NCBI GenBank assembly: GCA_018674305.1
Contig: JABHAL010000007.1
Coordinates: 6,976-70,975, forward strand
Reading direction: 5' to 3'
DNA from: Candidatus Falkowbacteria bacterium
Lineage (GTDB): Bacteria; Patescibacteriota; Patescibacteriia; UBA11705; JABHMO01
DNA: 64,000 nt
Numbering within the stretch: the first letter of the stretch is position 1; every line of letters begins with the position of its first letter. The notes beneath the pieces were generated by a model. The model ran no database searches and was not told the origin of the DNA. It saw only the letters and a program-made list of their open reading frames with translations. This document shows positions 39,341 through 49,732 of the stretch, piece by piece. The translations under genes and the position numbers were made by a program.

Positions 39341-39529
39341 TTATCTCATAGGCGAATTGTTCTTCCAATTTTCCACTTCCAGCTCATCGGCTATTTTTCG
39401 TTTAAGTTTAGCTGTCAATTTAATAATTTTTTTACATTTCTGACAAGTAATTACCGCGCAACTTAAATGTGCCTTAGTTACAACTTGAGAATGCTCACAA
39501 GGAAGCTGAATCCTTTTTGTCATTACCAT
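39341..39529 (-). CDS. small putative zinc-ribbon protein
   Basis: GGAGGGG SD before ATG 39529; CEH..CQKC motifs. Confidence 0.4.
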   Translation of the reverse strand: MVMTKRIQLPCEHSQVVTKAHLSCAVITCQKCKKIIKLTAKLKRKIADELEVENWKNNSPMR

Positions 39530-39708
39530 AACGTTCCCCTCCGTAACGTTCATCTCGTTAATTAATCTATCTATACCATATCTATTAATAAATAACAACC
39601 CACTGACTTGACATAATTTTATTTTCATTTATAATATAGTCATAGAGGCCAGAGGGCCTTTTTAGAATACTTTCATATAATAAAAACACATAAAGATAAC
39701 AAATCAAT

Positions 39709-39900
39709 ATGGATTTCAAAGACAACCGAATGGTCAAGTATTTAATTGAAGCTAAGCAGGAATTAAAGAAAGTAACTTGGCCAACAAAAAAAGAAACAAC
39801 CAAACACACTTTAATTGTAATTGGACTAAGTTTATTCGTAGCTGCATTCCTGGGTGTTTTGGACTTTGCATTTTCTAGAGCACTAGCACTCTTTTTATAA
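39709..39900 (+). CDS. secE: preprotein translocase subunit SecE
   Basis: ELKKVTWPT, single TM, upstream of nusG. Confidence 0.95.
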   Translation: MDFKDNRMVKYLIEAKQELKKVTWPTKKETTKHTLIVIGLSLFVAAFLGVLDFAFSRALALFL

Positions 39901-40020
39901 AAAAGAAGGGACAAAAGTTATAATTCAGGTAACCGATTATTGTTACCCCCTTTATCTCCTTTATCCCCTTGGCGTGAAGTTATTCGAAGAATATACTTCA
40001 TGCATTTATCCCCTTTTAAT

Positions 40021-40563
40021 ATGGCAAAACAAGTAAGACGTGGGAAACGTTGGTATGTCATTCATACTTACTCTGGTTACGAAGAAAATGTTTCTGAAAA
40101 TTTAAAACAGAGAATTGAGTCAATGGACATGGAAGACAAAATTTTCAACATTCTAATTCCCACAGAGAAAAAAATAAAAATTAAAAACGGCAAAAGAAAA
40201 ATTATCACTGAGAAGATTTTTCCTGGTTATGTATTTGTAGAACTTCTAGTGACTGATGACTCTTGGTACGTTGTAAGAAACACTCCAAACGTAACTGGTT
40301 TCATTGGAACAGGAACAATTCCTACACCTATTTCTGAGAAAGAAATGAAAGAGCTACAAAAACGAATGGGCGTGGACGAACCAAAATACACAATTGATGT
40401 TTCAGTCGACTCCCCTGTCAAAATCATTGACGGACCATTCAAGAACTTTGAAGGTAAAATTTCAGCGGTTGATGATGAAAGAGGAAAGATTAAAGTGTTA
40501 GTTAGTATGTTTGGGAGAGAAACTCCAATTGAATTGGACTATTTACAAGTAACGAAAATATAG
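40021..40563 (+). CDS. nusG: transcription termination/antitermination factor NusG
   Basis: WYVIHTYSGYE, FPGYV, VRNTPNVTGF, KOW DGPF, MFGRETP; start re-set to ATG 40021. Confidence 0.97.
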   Translation: MAKQVRRGKRWYVIHTYSGYEENVSENLKQRIESMDMEDKIFNILIPTEKKIKIKNGKRKIITEKIFPGYVFVELLVTDDSWYVVRNTPNVTGFIGTGTIPTPISEKEMKELQKRMGVDEPKYTIDVSVDSPVKIIDGPFKNFEGKISAVDDERGKIKVLVSMFGRETPIELDYLQVTKI

Positions 40564-40734
40564 ACAAAAAGGAAAAAAGAGCAAGAAGGCTAAAGAAGAT
40601 TATACAATTATTATAGTTCTATTATCCCCTTTACCTCCTTAAGCTCCTTTATCTCCTATAACCAAGTTGCTGAGATTTTATCATTGTTCCATATTCCATG
40701 TTTCATGATAGATACCCCAGCTCTTACAAACAAT

Positions 40735-41157
40735 ATGGCAAAAAAAGAATTAACAAAGATCAAATTGCAAATTCAAGGTGGTAAAGCCACTCCGGCCCCA
40801 CCAGTTGGACCAGCCCTTGGTCAACATGGTATTGCAATTCAGGATTTTTGTAGTCAATTTAATGAAGCGACCAAAAATCAAGGTGGAGACATTGTCCCAG
40901 TTGTTATTACAGTATACGAGGATCGCAGCTTTGATTTCATAATGAAAACCCCACCAGCTTCTGAGCTTATTAAAAAAGCTGCTGGAATAAAAAAAGGTGC
41001 GAGTAATCCATTAACAGATAAAGCTGGTAAAATTACGAAACAACAACTTCGAGAAATCGCTGAAAAAAAGTTACCAGATTTAAACACCAACGACGTAGAT
41101 CAAGCTGCCAAGATTATTGCTGGAACAGCTAGACAAATGGGTATTACCGTTGAATAG
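40735..41157 (+). CDS. rplK: 50S ribosomal protein L11
   Basis: [15 protein letters not shown]; start re-set to ATG 40735. Confidence 0.97.
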   Translation: MAKKELTKIKLQIQGGKATPAPPVGPALGQHGIAIQDFCSQFNEATKNQGGDIVPVVITVYEDRSFDFIMKTPPASELIKKAAGIKKGASNPLTDKAGKITKQQLREIAEKKLPDLNTNDVDQAAKIIAGTARQMGITVE

Positions 41158-41192
41158 TTGACAAAACAAATTAAATACAATAGAATAGGAAA

Positions 41193-41237
41193 TGTTGTGG
41201 AAGTTCTAAATAACTTTAGAACGTTCGTACCACGACC
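41193..41237 (+). promoter_or_regulatory. possible L1-binding autoregulatory leader
   Basis: GTGGAAG-hairpin(gttctaaa/tttagaac)-ACCAC between rplK and rplA, resembling L1 operator geometry. Confidence 0.45.
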
Positions 41238-41381
41238 CAATCCATTTCATGGATTGCAGGGACAGAATAGTATTCTGGCCCGATGGAAAATATTTATATT
41301 TTCCAAGGTCGTGGTTAAAGCCACGATTTTTTATTCTTCTATTACTAATTACTTTTTACTCATTACTAATTACACAAACTT

Positions 41382-42065
41382 ATGGCACAAAACACACGAT
41401 TAAAAAAGCTTTATACCTCTTTTGATAGAGACAAGCTTTACACAATCGAAGAAGCGCTAGCAACTGTAAAAAATTCAGCTACTGCTAAATTCGATGAAAC
41501 AATTGAATTACACATTAGATTGGGTATTGACCCAAAAAAGGGTGACCAACAAGTTCGTAGCACCGTTGTCTTACCTCACACTTTCGGTGAAGCAAAAAAA
41601 GTAGCTGCCTTTGTACCAACAGACAGAGAAAAAGAAGCCAAGGAATCTGGTGCTGACAAAGTTTATACTGAAGCTGATGTTCAAGCTTTGAAGAAATCAG
41701 GCAAAATCGATTTTGATATTGCTGTTTCTGTCCCAGAATTTATGAAGAACCTAGCGCCATTAGCTAGAATTCTTGGTCCAAAAGGTTTAATGCCATCACC
41801 AAAAAATGACACTATTACTACCAACCTAAAAAAAACTATTGCTGAATTAAAAAAAGGTAAAATCGCATTTAAAAATGATGATTCTGCTAATATTCACCAA
41901 GCAATTGGTAAGGTCAGTACAGACGACAAAGCTTTGATCGAAAATTACAGAACCTTCTTAGAAGCTGTAACCAAAGCTAAACCAGAAACATCCAAAGGCA
42001 CTTTTGTCAAAGGTTCAACTTTGTGTTCAAGCATGGGCCCTGGCGTAAAAGTTACACTGGAATAA
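41382..42065 (+). CDS. rplA: 50S ribosomal protein L1
   Basis: KFDETIE, DQQVR, LGPKGLMPSPK, SSMGPG. Confidence 0.97.
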   Translation: MAQNTRLKKLYTSFDRDKLYTIEEALATVKNSATAKFDETIELHIRLGIDPKKGDQQVRSTVVLPHTFGEAKKVAAFVPTDREKEAKESGADKVYTEADVQALKKSGKIDFDIAVSVPEFMKNLAPLARILGPKGLMPSPKNDTITTNLKKTIAELKKGKIAFKNDDSANIHQAIGKVSTDDKALIENYRTFLEAVTKAKPETSKGTFVKGSTLCSSMGPGVKVTLE

Positions 42066-42106
42066 ATTTATTCCTTCAAATAAAAAACACCGCTCACATC
42101 CCAGGC

Positions 42107-42192
42107 TGTCATCCTGAACTTGTTTCAGGATCTAGCCTGCGAGAATAAACCCACTCAACAATTTTAGATTCTGAAATGAATTCATAATGACA
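42107..42192. repeat. palindromic REP/RPE-like element
   Basis: tgtcatcctgaacttgtttcaggatcta ... tagattctgaaatgaattcataatgaca inverted arms; related to the element at 31806. Confidence 0.65.
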
Positions 42193-42244
42193 AAATTGTT
42201 GGATTAAAAAAAACCGCTCACTTGGTGAGTCGGTTTTTTGTTGT

Positions 42245-42481
42245 TCAAAACGGCGGATTCATATGATAGTTTTTGTCCGCCTCCATCCCCTTTTCTTTCT
42301 CCAAGCGAAGAGCTCGCCGTTCTCGCAAAATCGCGCAGGCCGCCAATGACTGTGTAGCATTCGCAGCTACCCTCTTTTCATCTTTCTTGTTAAAACTTTC
42401 AGATCTTGTAAGGACCATTTGTGAAAACTCCAACAATTCTTCATCAGTCATGTCTTTGATCTTCTTTTTACCATCCACCAT
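42245..42481 (-). CDS. hypothetical small protein
   Basis: 78 aa, AGGAGG SD; paralog of 42981..43154. Confidence 0.65.
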   Translation of the reverse strand: MVDGKKKIKDMTDEELLEFSQMVLTRSESFNKKDEKRVAANATQSLAACAILRERRALRLEKEKGMEADKNYHMNPPF

Positions 42482-42490
42482 ATTATCCTC

Positions 42491-42853
42491 CTATAAGAAT
42501 AAGGCAAAACCATTCCCAATAAACAAAGATGCATAAAACCATGTAAGACTGGTATAGTTCATTATGTTAGTTTCTTGTGGAGATTCAACAACTCCAAACA
42601 AAATTAAAAGTGTAAAAACCAATAAGGCTGCCAGGCTACAAATAAAACTAACTGCTCGGCCGTATATAATTGAAAAAAATATGGCTGACAAAAAAACAAT
42701 CACGCACAAACTTTCAGTTAAAAACATACCCACCTGAGCATGATTCACGCGAAGCAGTAGTAAATTTACAATCTTAAGAACAAACAACATTCCAACAAGA
42801 CAAATGACCAATTGATGATTTTTCTTCTCAACTTCACATTTCAATGAGCTCAT
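42491..42853 (-). CDS. hypothetical membrane protein (4 TM)
   Basis: 120 aa hydrophobic, GGAGGTG SD. Confidence 0.65.
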   Translation of the reverse strand: MSSLKCEVEKKNHQLVICLVGMLFVLKIVNLLLLRVNHAQVGMFLTESLCVIVFLSAIFFSIIYGRAVSFICSLAALLVFTLLILFGVVESPQETNIMNYTSLTWFYASLFIGNGFALFL

Positions 42854-42980
42854 TTTTCACCTCCATATTGAACTAAATTTACCATCTAGAATCAGACTTG
42901 TCAATAATAAAAAACCGCTCACTTGGTGAGACGGTTATTTTTGGGAACTAACTACTTTACCCCGCAATCTTCACTTAATC

Positions 42981-43154
42981 TTATTGATCGAACTTTCTAC
43001 GGAGTTCAGCCAAACGCAACGTTGAGTCTGCTAGCCTAGCACATGCTATCTTGATCTCTGGCTGGAAATGATCGACACCTGTCTCAATCAAAGAAGCAGC
43101 ATAATCCAACAACTCATCCTGATCCATGTATTGAATTTTTTTTGGTGCATCCAT
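42981..43154 (-). CDS. 57 aa hypothetical protein (MDAPKKIQYMDQDELLDY...), not in ORF track
   Basis: AGGAG SD; N-terminus similar to 42245..42481 (KKIKDMTDEELLEF). Confidence 0.6.
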   Translation of the reverse strand: MDAPKKIQYMDQDELLDYAASLIETGVDHFQPEIKIACARLADSTLRLAELRRKFDQ

Positions 43155-43163
43155 TATACACTC

Positions 43164-43469
43164 CTAATCAACTGGCACAAAACCGGGGGTACTCTCTTCG
43201 ATGAACTCTTCAAAACAATTAAAGCATATCACTTCGCCATGACGATAAGTGTTTCGCAAGTATTCTTCTAGCTTTGCCCTAAAGGCTCTATCTAGATTTA
43301 AAATGACAACTCCCCGCTTGACCTTCACAATTTCAAACTGACGGTGAATACCATCACCCTGCTCATCACATTCTGCGCAAGATCGCTCCACTCCTTCCTC
43401 AATAATGCTGAAAAAAATATGCAAGCCATTGAATCCAGCCTCAGCGTTCTTTACTACACATTTATACAT
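43164..43469 (-). CDS. hypothetical protein with two CxxC motifs
   Basis: CAEC ... CFNC; AGGAGG SD. Confidence 0.65.
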   Translation of the reverse strand: MYKCVVKNAEAGFNGLHIFFSIIEEGVERSCAECDEQGDGIHRQFEIVKVKRGVVILNLDRAFRAKLEEYLRNTYRHGEVICFNCFEEFIEESTPGFVPVD

Positions 43470-43632
43470 GACATCCTCCTGTAAAATGAACCTAGTCTAA
43501 ATTAAAAGCATTCTTTTAATCATTTTCTAATCCTAGCATTTACTATAATTTTTGTCAACCTTATACACTTCTCAGGCCTCAACTTATCTGGTAAAATAAT
43601 TATGACAATGAAACTCATCTCATGCTTGTTGT

Positions 43633-44466
43633 ATGGCTACTCAATATGATGAACAATTCCGAGCAGCGGTTCTCAAAATAATGAATGAAGGGTTTGATGA
43701 ATACAATGAAAGAACCGGCCACACCTGTAAAGTTTTACCAGGTGTGACTTTTGAATTAGACACAGGGTTCCCTTTGCTAACCTTGAGAAAAATCCCAATA
43801 AAACTATTCGTGGCTGAGCAAATTTGGTATATTATGGGTAGTAGAAACCCCGATGACTTTGTTAATAAATTCACAGGAATTTGGAAAGATTTCACAGAAG
43901 AAGATGGCACCATTCCTGCAGCTTATGGTCACCGCTGGAGAAGCGCCTTTGGGAGAGATCAATTAGGCCTACTAGTTAAACATTTACAAGAAAATCCCGG
44001 CTCACGCCATGGAGTAGTCATTACCTGGGATCCACGTGAAGATGGTCTCGGTAATCCAGAATCAAAAAAGAACGTCCCCTGCCCTTACACTTGGACGGCT
44101 AACATTATAGGAAACAAACTACATATTCATTCTGTAATTAGATCAAACGACATGATGCTCGGCTGTCCACACGATGTGGCAGGTTTTTATTTATTACTTT
44201 GTGTCGTGGCTGCGAAACTTGGAGTTAAACCAGGAAAATTGACCCATACAATTTCCAATGCCCACATTTATGACATTCACTTTCAACATGCCTGGGAATT
44301 GGTGGAAAGAAATAATGATCACCCACCCCTTCAGTTTGAATCTCAAGCAGATCATTATGACCGAGCCGAAGCTGGTGATGAATCTTTGGTTCAAGAAATT
44401 GTAGACCAATTACAAAAAAATTATAATCCACTTGGTCCAATAAAAGGAATGAAGATAGTGTTATAA
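43633..44466 (+). CDS. thyA: thymidylate synthase
   Basis: FPLLT.RK, AYG.RWR, DQL, PC, RSND...G.P, AHIY. Confidence 0.93.
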   Translation: MATQYDEQFRAAVLKIMNEGFDEYNERTGHTCKVLPGVTFELDTGFPLLTLRKIPIKLFVAEQIWYIMGSRNPDDFVNKFTGIWKDFTEEDGTIPAAYGHRWRSAFGRDQLGLLVKHLQENPGSRHGVVITWDPREDGLGNPESKKNVPCPYTWTANIIGNKLHIHSVIRSNDMMLGCPHDVAGFYLLLCVVAAKLGVKPGKLTHTISNAHIYDIHFQHAWELVERNNDHPPLQFESQADHYDRAEAGDESLVQEIVDQLQKNYNPLGPIKGMKIVL

Positions 44467-44592
44467 AATTATCAATTTTTCAATTTTCATTAAATTATAA
44501 ATTATCAGTTTTCAAATTATTCACACGACACGATAATTGAAAATTAGATCATTGAGAATTTATTGCAAATTGGAAATTACAAATTGAAAATT

Positions 44593-45105
44593 ATGAAAAA
44601 CACCCTCATGATGGTAATCACAACAGACGGTTTTATTGCCAAAAATGCTGGCCAGCCGTCAATCGAATGGACGTCAAATGCGGACAAAGAACTTTTTGTT
44701 GAAAAAACTAAGCAAGCTGGCGTAATCATAATGGGCAATTCAACTTACAAAACTATCAACAGACCGTTACCCGGTCGATTAATTAAAGTTTTAACGCGAA
44801 TTCCTGAGCAATTTACAAACATTGAAGGACAAATTGAATATACAAACAAACAACCACAAGAACTTCTAAAAGAACTTGAAGACAAAGGATTTACTGAAGC
44901 AATCCTGGCCGGCGGAACACAGGTCAATTCCCTATTTTTAGATCAAGGGTTAGTTGACGAATTGCTAATCACTATTGAACCAATTTTATTCGGTGGTGGA
45001 TTAAATCTATTCAAGGATTTAAATTTGAACATTAAACTTGAACTTCTAGAATATAAGGATTTGGGAAGTAATGTAATTAATTTAAAATATAAAATAATAA
45101 AATAA
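44593..45105 (+). CDS. folA: dihydrofolate reductase family protein
   Basis: DGFIA, IMG..TY, RPLPGR, GG, L.DE; follows thyA; start re-set to ATG 44593. Confidence 0.8.
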   Translation: MKNTLMMVITTDGFIAKNAGQPSIEWTSNADKELFVEKTKQAGVIIMGNSTYKTINRPLPGRLIKVLTRIPEQFTNIEGQIEYTNKQPQELLKELEDKGFTEAILAGGTQVNSLFLDQGLVDELLITIEPILFGGGLNLFKDLNLNIKLELLEYKDLGSNVINLKYKIIK

Positions 45106-45134
45106 GCGAGGGGTAATTATTCTAACAAAACAAT

Positions 45135-45860
45135 ATGTCTACTCTAACTAAAAAAGAAATCCTACAAAGAATCCAAGAAGGAAAAATTACTTTCGCTCCA
45201 GAACTAGATGAATTTCAACTATCACCGAACTCAATTGATCTTCGTGTTGGCTGGAGTTTTTATATTCCTCACAGTTGGAAAATGAATTCAAAAGGTCGAG
45301 TAGCTGTTATTGCTGATTACCTGGACTACCAGAACATGGAAGAATATTTTAAGTTAATTAAACTTAGCCCAGGTCAATGCTTTGAAATTCTTCCGAAGGA
45401 ATTCATCTTGATTTCTACCTTAGAAAAAATAACCTTAAACTGTGGGGACATTGCTGGAACACTAATGCCCAGAAGTTCCGCGCTAAGAAGGGGCCTACAA
45501 ATTGAAACTGGAATGATTGATTGTCGTTATAGTGGCCAATTAACTATTCCCGTGGTTAACAACTCTCATCATATTATAAAATTGTATCCAGGAGAAAGAA
45601 TTTGCCAGGTACAACTATACAAACTAGAGAGTGATTTATCAAAAGAGGATGCAAAGAAACACGGCAAACAAGATGCTAAATATGCCGGTTCAACGCCCTA
45701 CTCTCTAGAATCCAAGGCTGACAACACTGAAGAAATTGAACAAATTAAACAAGGTAACCTAATAGAGCTCAAGCAAAAAAATAATTTGAAGACGTTGGCA
45801 GAAACGTCGCAACAGCTACCCAAAACTAATCAAGGAAATACTAATGCTCAGCAACTATAA
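45135..45860 (+). CDS. dcd: dCTP deaminase
   Basis: PNSIDLR, TLE, RSSA.R.G, ID..YSG.LT, LYPGERICQ. Confidence 0.85.
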   Translation: MSTLTKKEILQRIQEGKITFAPELDEFQLSPNSIDLRVGWSFYIPHSWKMNSKGRVAVIADYLDYQNMEEYFKLIKLSPGQCFEILPKEFILISTLEKITLNCGDIAGTLMPRSSALRRGLQIETGMIDCRYSGQLTIPVVNNSHHIIKLYPGERICQVQLYKLESDLSKEDAKKHGKQDAKYAGSTPYSLESKADNTEEIEQIKQGNLIELKQKNNLKTLAETSQQLPKTNQGNTNAQQL

Positions 45861-46317
45861 ATCACTAAAGGCATATCCATATATGCCGCCTGGATGTGAA
45901 ATTGTGTACGTCAAAGACGATAATCCTTTTATCCAGGCGGCGAAAAAAGTCGCTCTAGAATCTGGCTGTGTTAAACAATCAACTGGAGCTGTGATTGTAA
46001 TTGACAATCAAATAGTTGCCCAAGGCTCTAATGCAGGCCTGCGAGTTGAAGTTTGCCCACGAGTAGTTGAGAAATGCGCCACTGGGAAAGGTTATCATCA
46101 CTGCAAAGAGACTTGCAAACAAGATGGCCATGCCGAAGAACAAACAGCCAAGGATTTTCAAAGGAAAGCCTTAAGTTCTGAAGGTGCTGAAATGTTTCTT
46201 TGGGGTCATTGGTGGTGTTGTGAACCTTGCTGGGATTGGATAAAGAAAATTGGTTTAACAAAAGTTCATTTACTCGAAGGTGCCACTGAGATGTTTGACC
46301 TTGATGCCTCAAAATAA
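45844..46317 (+). CDS. dCMP/cytidine deaminase family protein
   Basis: GAVIV, HAE, CCEPC zinc motif. Confidence 0.8.
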   Translation: MLSNYKSLKAYPYMPPGCEIVYVKDDNPFIQAAKKVALESGCVKQSTGAVIVIDNQIVAQGSNAGLRVEVCPRVVEKCATGKGYHHCKETCKQDGHAEEQTAKDFQRKALSSEGAEMFLWGHWWCCEPCWDWIKKIGLTKVHLLEGATEMFDLDASK

Positions 46318-46359
46318 GGGCAAAAACTGCCCTTTTTATTTTACATAACACATATTAAT

Positions 46360-46917
46360 ATGAAAAAATTAATTATTGGATTTGTCGGTGAAATTGCTAG
46401 TGGCAAGGGCGAAGCTAGCGACTACATAACCAAAAAACACCAAACCGGTTATTTTCGTTTCTCTACAATTATCAGGGAAGTTCTCAAACGACTTCATCTA
46501 GAAGAATCACGAGAAACAATGCAAAGAATCTCTCTTGTTCTTCGAGAAAATTTTGGCCAGGACCTATTTGCAAAAGTAATAGCAAAAGATGCAGAAAATG
46601 ATCCACATCAAATTGTTTGCGTAGACGGAATTCGAAGAACTCCCGACATAAAATATCTCCGAGAGCTCCCCAATTTTCATTTAATTAATATCCAAACTGA
46701 AGAAAAAATTCGATTTGAAAGAATCATCAGGCGTGCAGAAAACCCTGACGATAAAAACAAAACTTTTCAGGAATTTCAAAAAGATCAGCAAGGAGAAACT
46801 GAACTAACCATTCGCGAAGTTGCCAAGCAAGCTAATTTCATTGTAAATAACAATGGAACATTCGAAGAATTGTACTCTCAGCTTGACGACTTGATTACCA
46901 AATTAAATACAGGCTAA
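46360..46917 (+). CDS. P-loop nucleotide kinase (dephospho-CoA/dNMP kinase-like)
   Basis: GEIASGKG, VDGIR, NNGT.EEL. Confidence 0.75.
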   Translation: MKKLIIGFVGEIASGKGEASDYITKKHQTGYFRFSTIIREVLKRLHLEESRETMQRISLVLRENFGQDLFAKVIAKDAENDPHQIVCVDGIRRTPDIKYLRELPNFHLINIQTEEKIRFERIIRRAENPDDKNKTFQEFQKDQQGETELTIREVAKQANFIVNNNGTFEELYSQLDDLITKLNTG

Positions 46918-46943
46918 AAAAATGATTAATAAAATATAAAAAT

Positions 46944-47483
46944 ATGATTTTAGGAGTTGACGAACTTCATCGTCTAGTTAAAGAACAAAATCTAGTAGAA
47001 AATCTTTGTGATCGAGAATTAAATAATCCAGAGGGTTGTGGATTTGATCTTCGACTTGGTGCTGTATACGAAATTCAAGGTCAAGGCTATCTAGGTATTG
47101 AACAAAGAAAAACCCCAACCGAAAAGTTATTAGCTGAATATGACCCAACCAACAAACAATCATTCATTTTTGAACCTGGTAAATATTATTTAATGAAAAC
47201 AATTGAACGTATCAACACCCCAGACAATCTGGCGGTTCTTTTTCGCCCTAGAACAACTATCTTTCGCTCCGGAATGATGATATTCACAGGAAACGTTGCT
47301 CCAGGTTACAAAGGTGAATTAATTTTTGGAATCACAAACATGGGAAATAACCCAATCAACATTGAATTGGGCGCTCGCGTAGTTCATGCCTTATTTATTG
47401 AAGTCAAAGGTTCAACTAACTTATACAGGGGCCAATGGCAGAACGGTCGAGTTAGCGCCAACCAACTTGAAACTCAAGTTTGA
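46944..47483 (+). CDS. dUTPase/dCTP deaminase superfamily protein
   Basis: GFDLRLG, PRTT.FRSG, APGYKG.L, YRGQWQ. Confidence 0.82.
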   Translation: MILGVDELHRLVKEQNLVENLCDRELNNPEGCGFDLRLGAVYEIQGQGYLGIEQRKTPTEKLLAEYDPTNKQSFIFEPGKYYLMKTIERINTPDNLAVLFRPRTTIFRSGMMIFTGNVAPGYKGELIFGITNMGNNPINIELGARVVHALFIEVKGSTNLYRGQWQNGRVSANQLETQV

Positions 47484-47486
47484 CAT

Positions 47487-48434
47487 ATGAATATTCAGAC
47501 CAAAAATCTCACCGCCAGTCTTATTCAGCTAACTGCTGAGAATATTTCGTTTTATGCTTTTCAACTTATAGTTGGTAATTGTTTAACCAGCAAATATAAG
47601 TTTACCAATGAATATATTCAACCACGAAAAACAGTCGAAGAATATGTAAACTTAATAAATGATTTTAAAAAACTAAACTTCAAGGGACACTTCCCTACTT
47701 TTGCCAGTTTAGTAAATGCTGAATTTATTCTAAACCAATCACAACTAAAAACTGTTCTTCACAAATCACTTAATCAAAACAAACCAGAATTGACACAACT
47801 TGCAGAACAATTAACATCTGATTCAATTACAACAACAACTACAGAAAATTTTGAGTCCCTTGAATATTCAAGTCAAGAAAAAAATTGCCCCTCTATCAGG
47901 ATTTTAGACATCGACAAGTCATTCAAAAACAAACTCTTGTTTTATTATCTATTTTTCAGAAACAGCAACCCAATATCAGAACTGATGGACAAAGCTGAAC
48001 TAATGACCATGGAAACTCAAGAACAAATTATCAAAAACATTTTCAACGCCGGTATTCAAGCTTCACTACCTTCGACCATAAGTAAATACCCATTTTGTAC
48101 TACTCAATTAGCGGTTCCTTTCTCAGAATATTTACCAATTTTTAATATTATCCAACCATCAGTTTGTTTTCAACCTTTTTCCACCAGACATGGCTTTTCG
48201 ACACCAGAGGAAGCTCCCAAATCAGAGCAACATGAACTATTATTAACTACCATGCAAAAAGCTAAAGATAATTTCGAAAAAAACAAGGACCCATATATCA
48301 TTCCACTCAACTTCAAGCAAAGCGCCAATCTAACTATAAACCTACTCCAATACGAAAAGTTAAAAAAATCTAATCAACCAATAAGTCAATCAATCATAAA
48401 AGAAATAAAAAATAATTTTAATTTTTTACCATAA
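47487..48434 (+). CDS. hypothetical protein, possibly degenerate ThyX-like
   Basis: 315 aa within the dTTP cluster; Q.FSTRHGF.TPE and YIIPL.F resemble ThyX C-terminal segments, but the RHR motif is absent. Confidence 0.5.
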   Translation: MNIQTKNLTASLIQLTAENISFYAFQLIVGNCLTSKYKFTNEYIQPRKTVEEYVNLINDFKKLNFKGHFPTFASLVNAEFILNQSQLKTVLHKSLNQNKPELTQLAEQLTSDSITTTTTENFESLEYSSQEKNCPSIRILDIDKSFKNKLLFYYLFFRNSNPISELMDKAELMTMETQEQIIKNIFNAGIQASLPSTISKYPFCTTQLAVPFSEYLPIFNIIQPSVCFQPFSTRHGFSTPEEAPKSEQHELLLTTMQKAKDNFEKNKDPYIIPLNFKQSANLTINLLQYEKLKKSNQPISQSIIKEIKNNFNFLP

Positions 48435-48463
48435 GCAATAATTATATGATGGAGGATCAAATC

Positions 48464-49090
48464 ATGGGACAATTCATTGTTTTTGAAGGCGGTGAAGGGA
48501 CTGGGAAAACCACCCAAATTCAACGACTAGAAAACCGATTCAAGAAACACGGTCATAACGTTTTTTTGACTCGTGAACCAGGTGGCACAGAATGTGTTCT
48601 GGCTGAAAAAATCAGAACCCTATTAAAAGATCCGGCCCACACGGAAATGGTGCCGGAAGCTGAATTATTTTTATTTTTGGCTTCACGTGCACAACACGTT
48701 CGTCAAGTTATTCTCCCTCATATAAAACGAGGGGAAATTGTTATTTCTGACCGTTTTCATGGTTCCACATTTGCCTATCAACATTTCGGACGTGGCCTGT
48801 TTAACTTAGAAGAAGTAAAAAAGATTAATCAATTTGCCACTGGTGGCCTTGAGCCACATTTAACAATTTTATTAGACATCGACCCTCATGCTGGAATTGG
48901 GAGGATTGGTGATAGAAGAGATGGTGATCGACTGGACAGTGAAAGCATGGGTTTTCACCAAAAAGTTCGTACTGGTTTTTTAACTCTAGCGGAAACTCGC
49001 GCAGACTGGGCAGTAGTTAATGCAGACAATAACATTGAAGCTATTCATGATGATATTTGGCGACATATAGTTCACAAACTAGAATTATAA
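48464..49090 (+). CDS. tmk: thymidylate kinase
   Basis: FIVFEGGEGTGKTTQ, TREPGG, SDRF..ST.AYQ; start re-set to ATG 48464 after GGAGG. Confidence 0.95.
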   Translation: MGQFIVFEGGEGTGKTTQIQRLENRFKKHGHNVFLTREPGGTECVLAEKIRTLLKDPAHTEMVPEAELFLFLASRAQHVRQVILPHIKRGEIVISDRFHGSTFAYQHFGRGLFNLEEVKKINQFATGGLEPHLTILLDIDPHAGIGRIGDRRDGDRLDSESMGFHQKVRTGFLTLAETRADWAVVNADNNIEAIHDDIWRHIVHKLEL

Positions 49091-49102
49091 TGGAGGTTAT
49101 TA

Positions 49103-49732
49103 ATGTTTAGACGAGGTTGTATTGACGTAATTGTTAGTTGTATGCGTGGAGGAAAAAGTGAACTTGCTCTTCATTGGATAAACCAAGAAAGCTATGGTAA
49201 AGGCAGAAAATACTTAATATTTCAACCTGATATTGCTGACCGAGAAGTGTGCTTGACTAATGGTGAAAAAATTGAGACCAAAGGTAGAGCTGTAAGTCGT
49301 TGTGGAACAATTTCTCATGAAAATGCAATTATTTTTCCTAAAAATGATCCTTGGAAAATCCTGGAATTCATTACTCCGGACATCACCACTGTTCTGATTG
49401 AAGAAGGCCATTTTTGTCACACTGACTTAGTTAAAGTTTGTAAAATTCTGGCTGAAAAGCATCTAATTCGAGTAATTGTTACTGGATTAGATCAAACTTT
49501 CCTAGAAGAACCTTTTGGTCCTATGCCCCACCTTTTATGTGAAGCTGACCATGTGAGAAAACTAAGTGCTGTATGCATGCACTGTGGTGAAGCTCCAGCA
49601 ACTAAAAGCTGGTTACATCCGACTTACAGAGAAAAAGTTCTTTCTGGATCAATTCATGTTGGTGATGAAGACTATCTTTCTGTTTGTCGACATTGCTTCC
49701 GCGAACTTGAAGCTAATCCACCGAAACCTTAA
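49103..49732 (+). CDS. tdk: thymidine kinase
   Basis: CM.GGKS, IEEGHF, GLD..F..EPFG, AVCMHCG, VCRHC. Confidence 0.88.
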   Translation: MFRRGCIDVIVSCMRGGKSELALHWINQESYGKGRKYLIFQPDIADREVCLTNGEKIETKGRAVSRCGTISHENAIIFPKNDPWKILEFITPDITTVLIEEGHFCHTDLVKVCKILAEKHLIRVIVTGLDQTFLEEPFGPMPHLLCEADHVRKLSAVCMHCGEAPATKSWLHPTYREKVLSGSIHVGDEDYLSVCRHCFRELEANPPKP

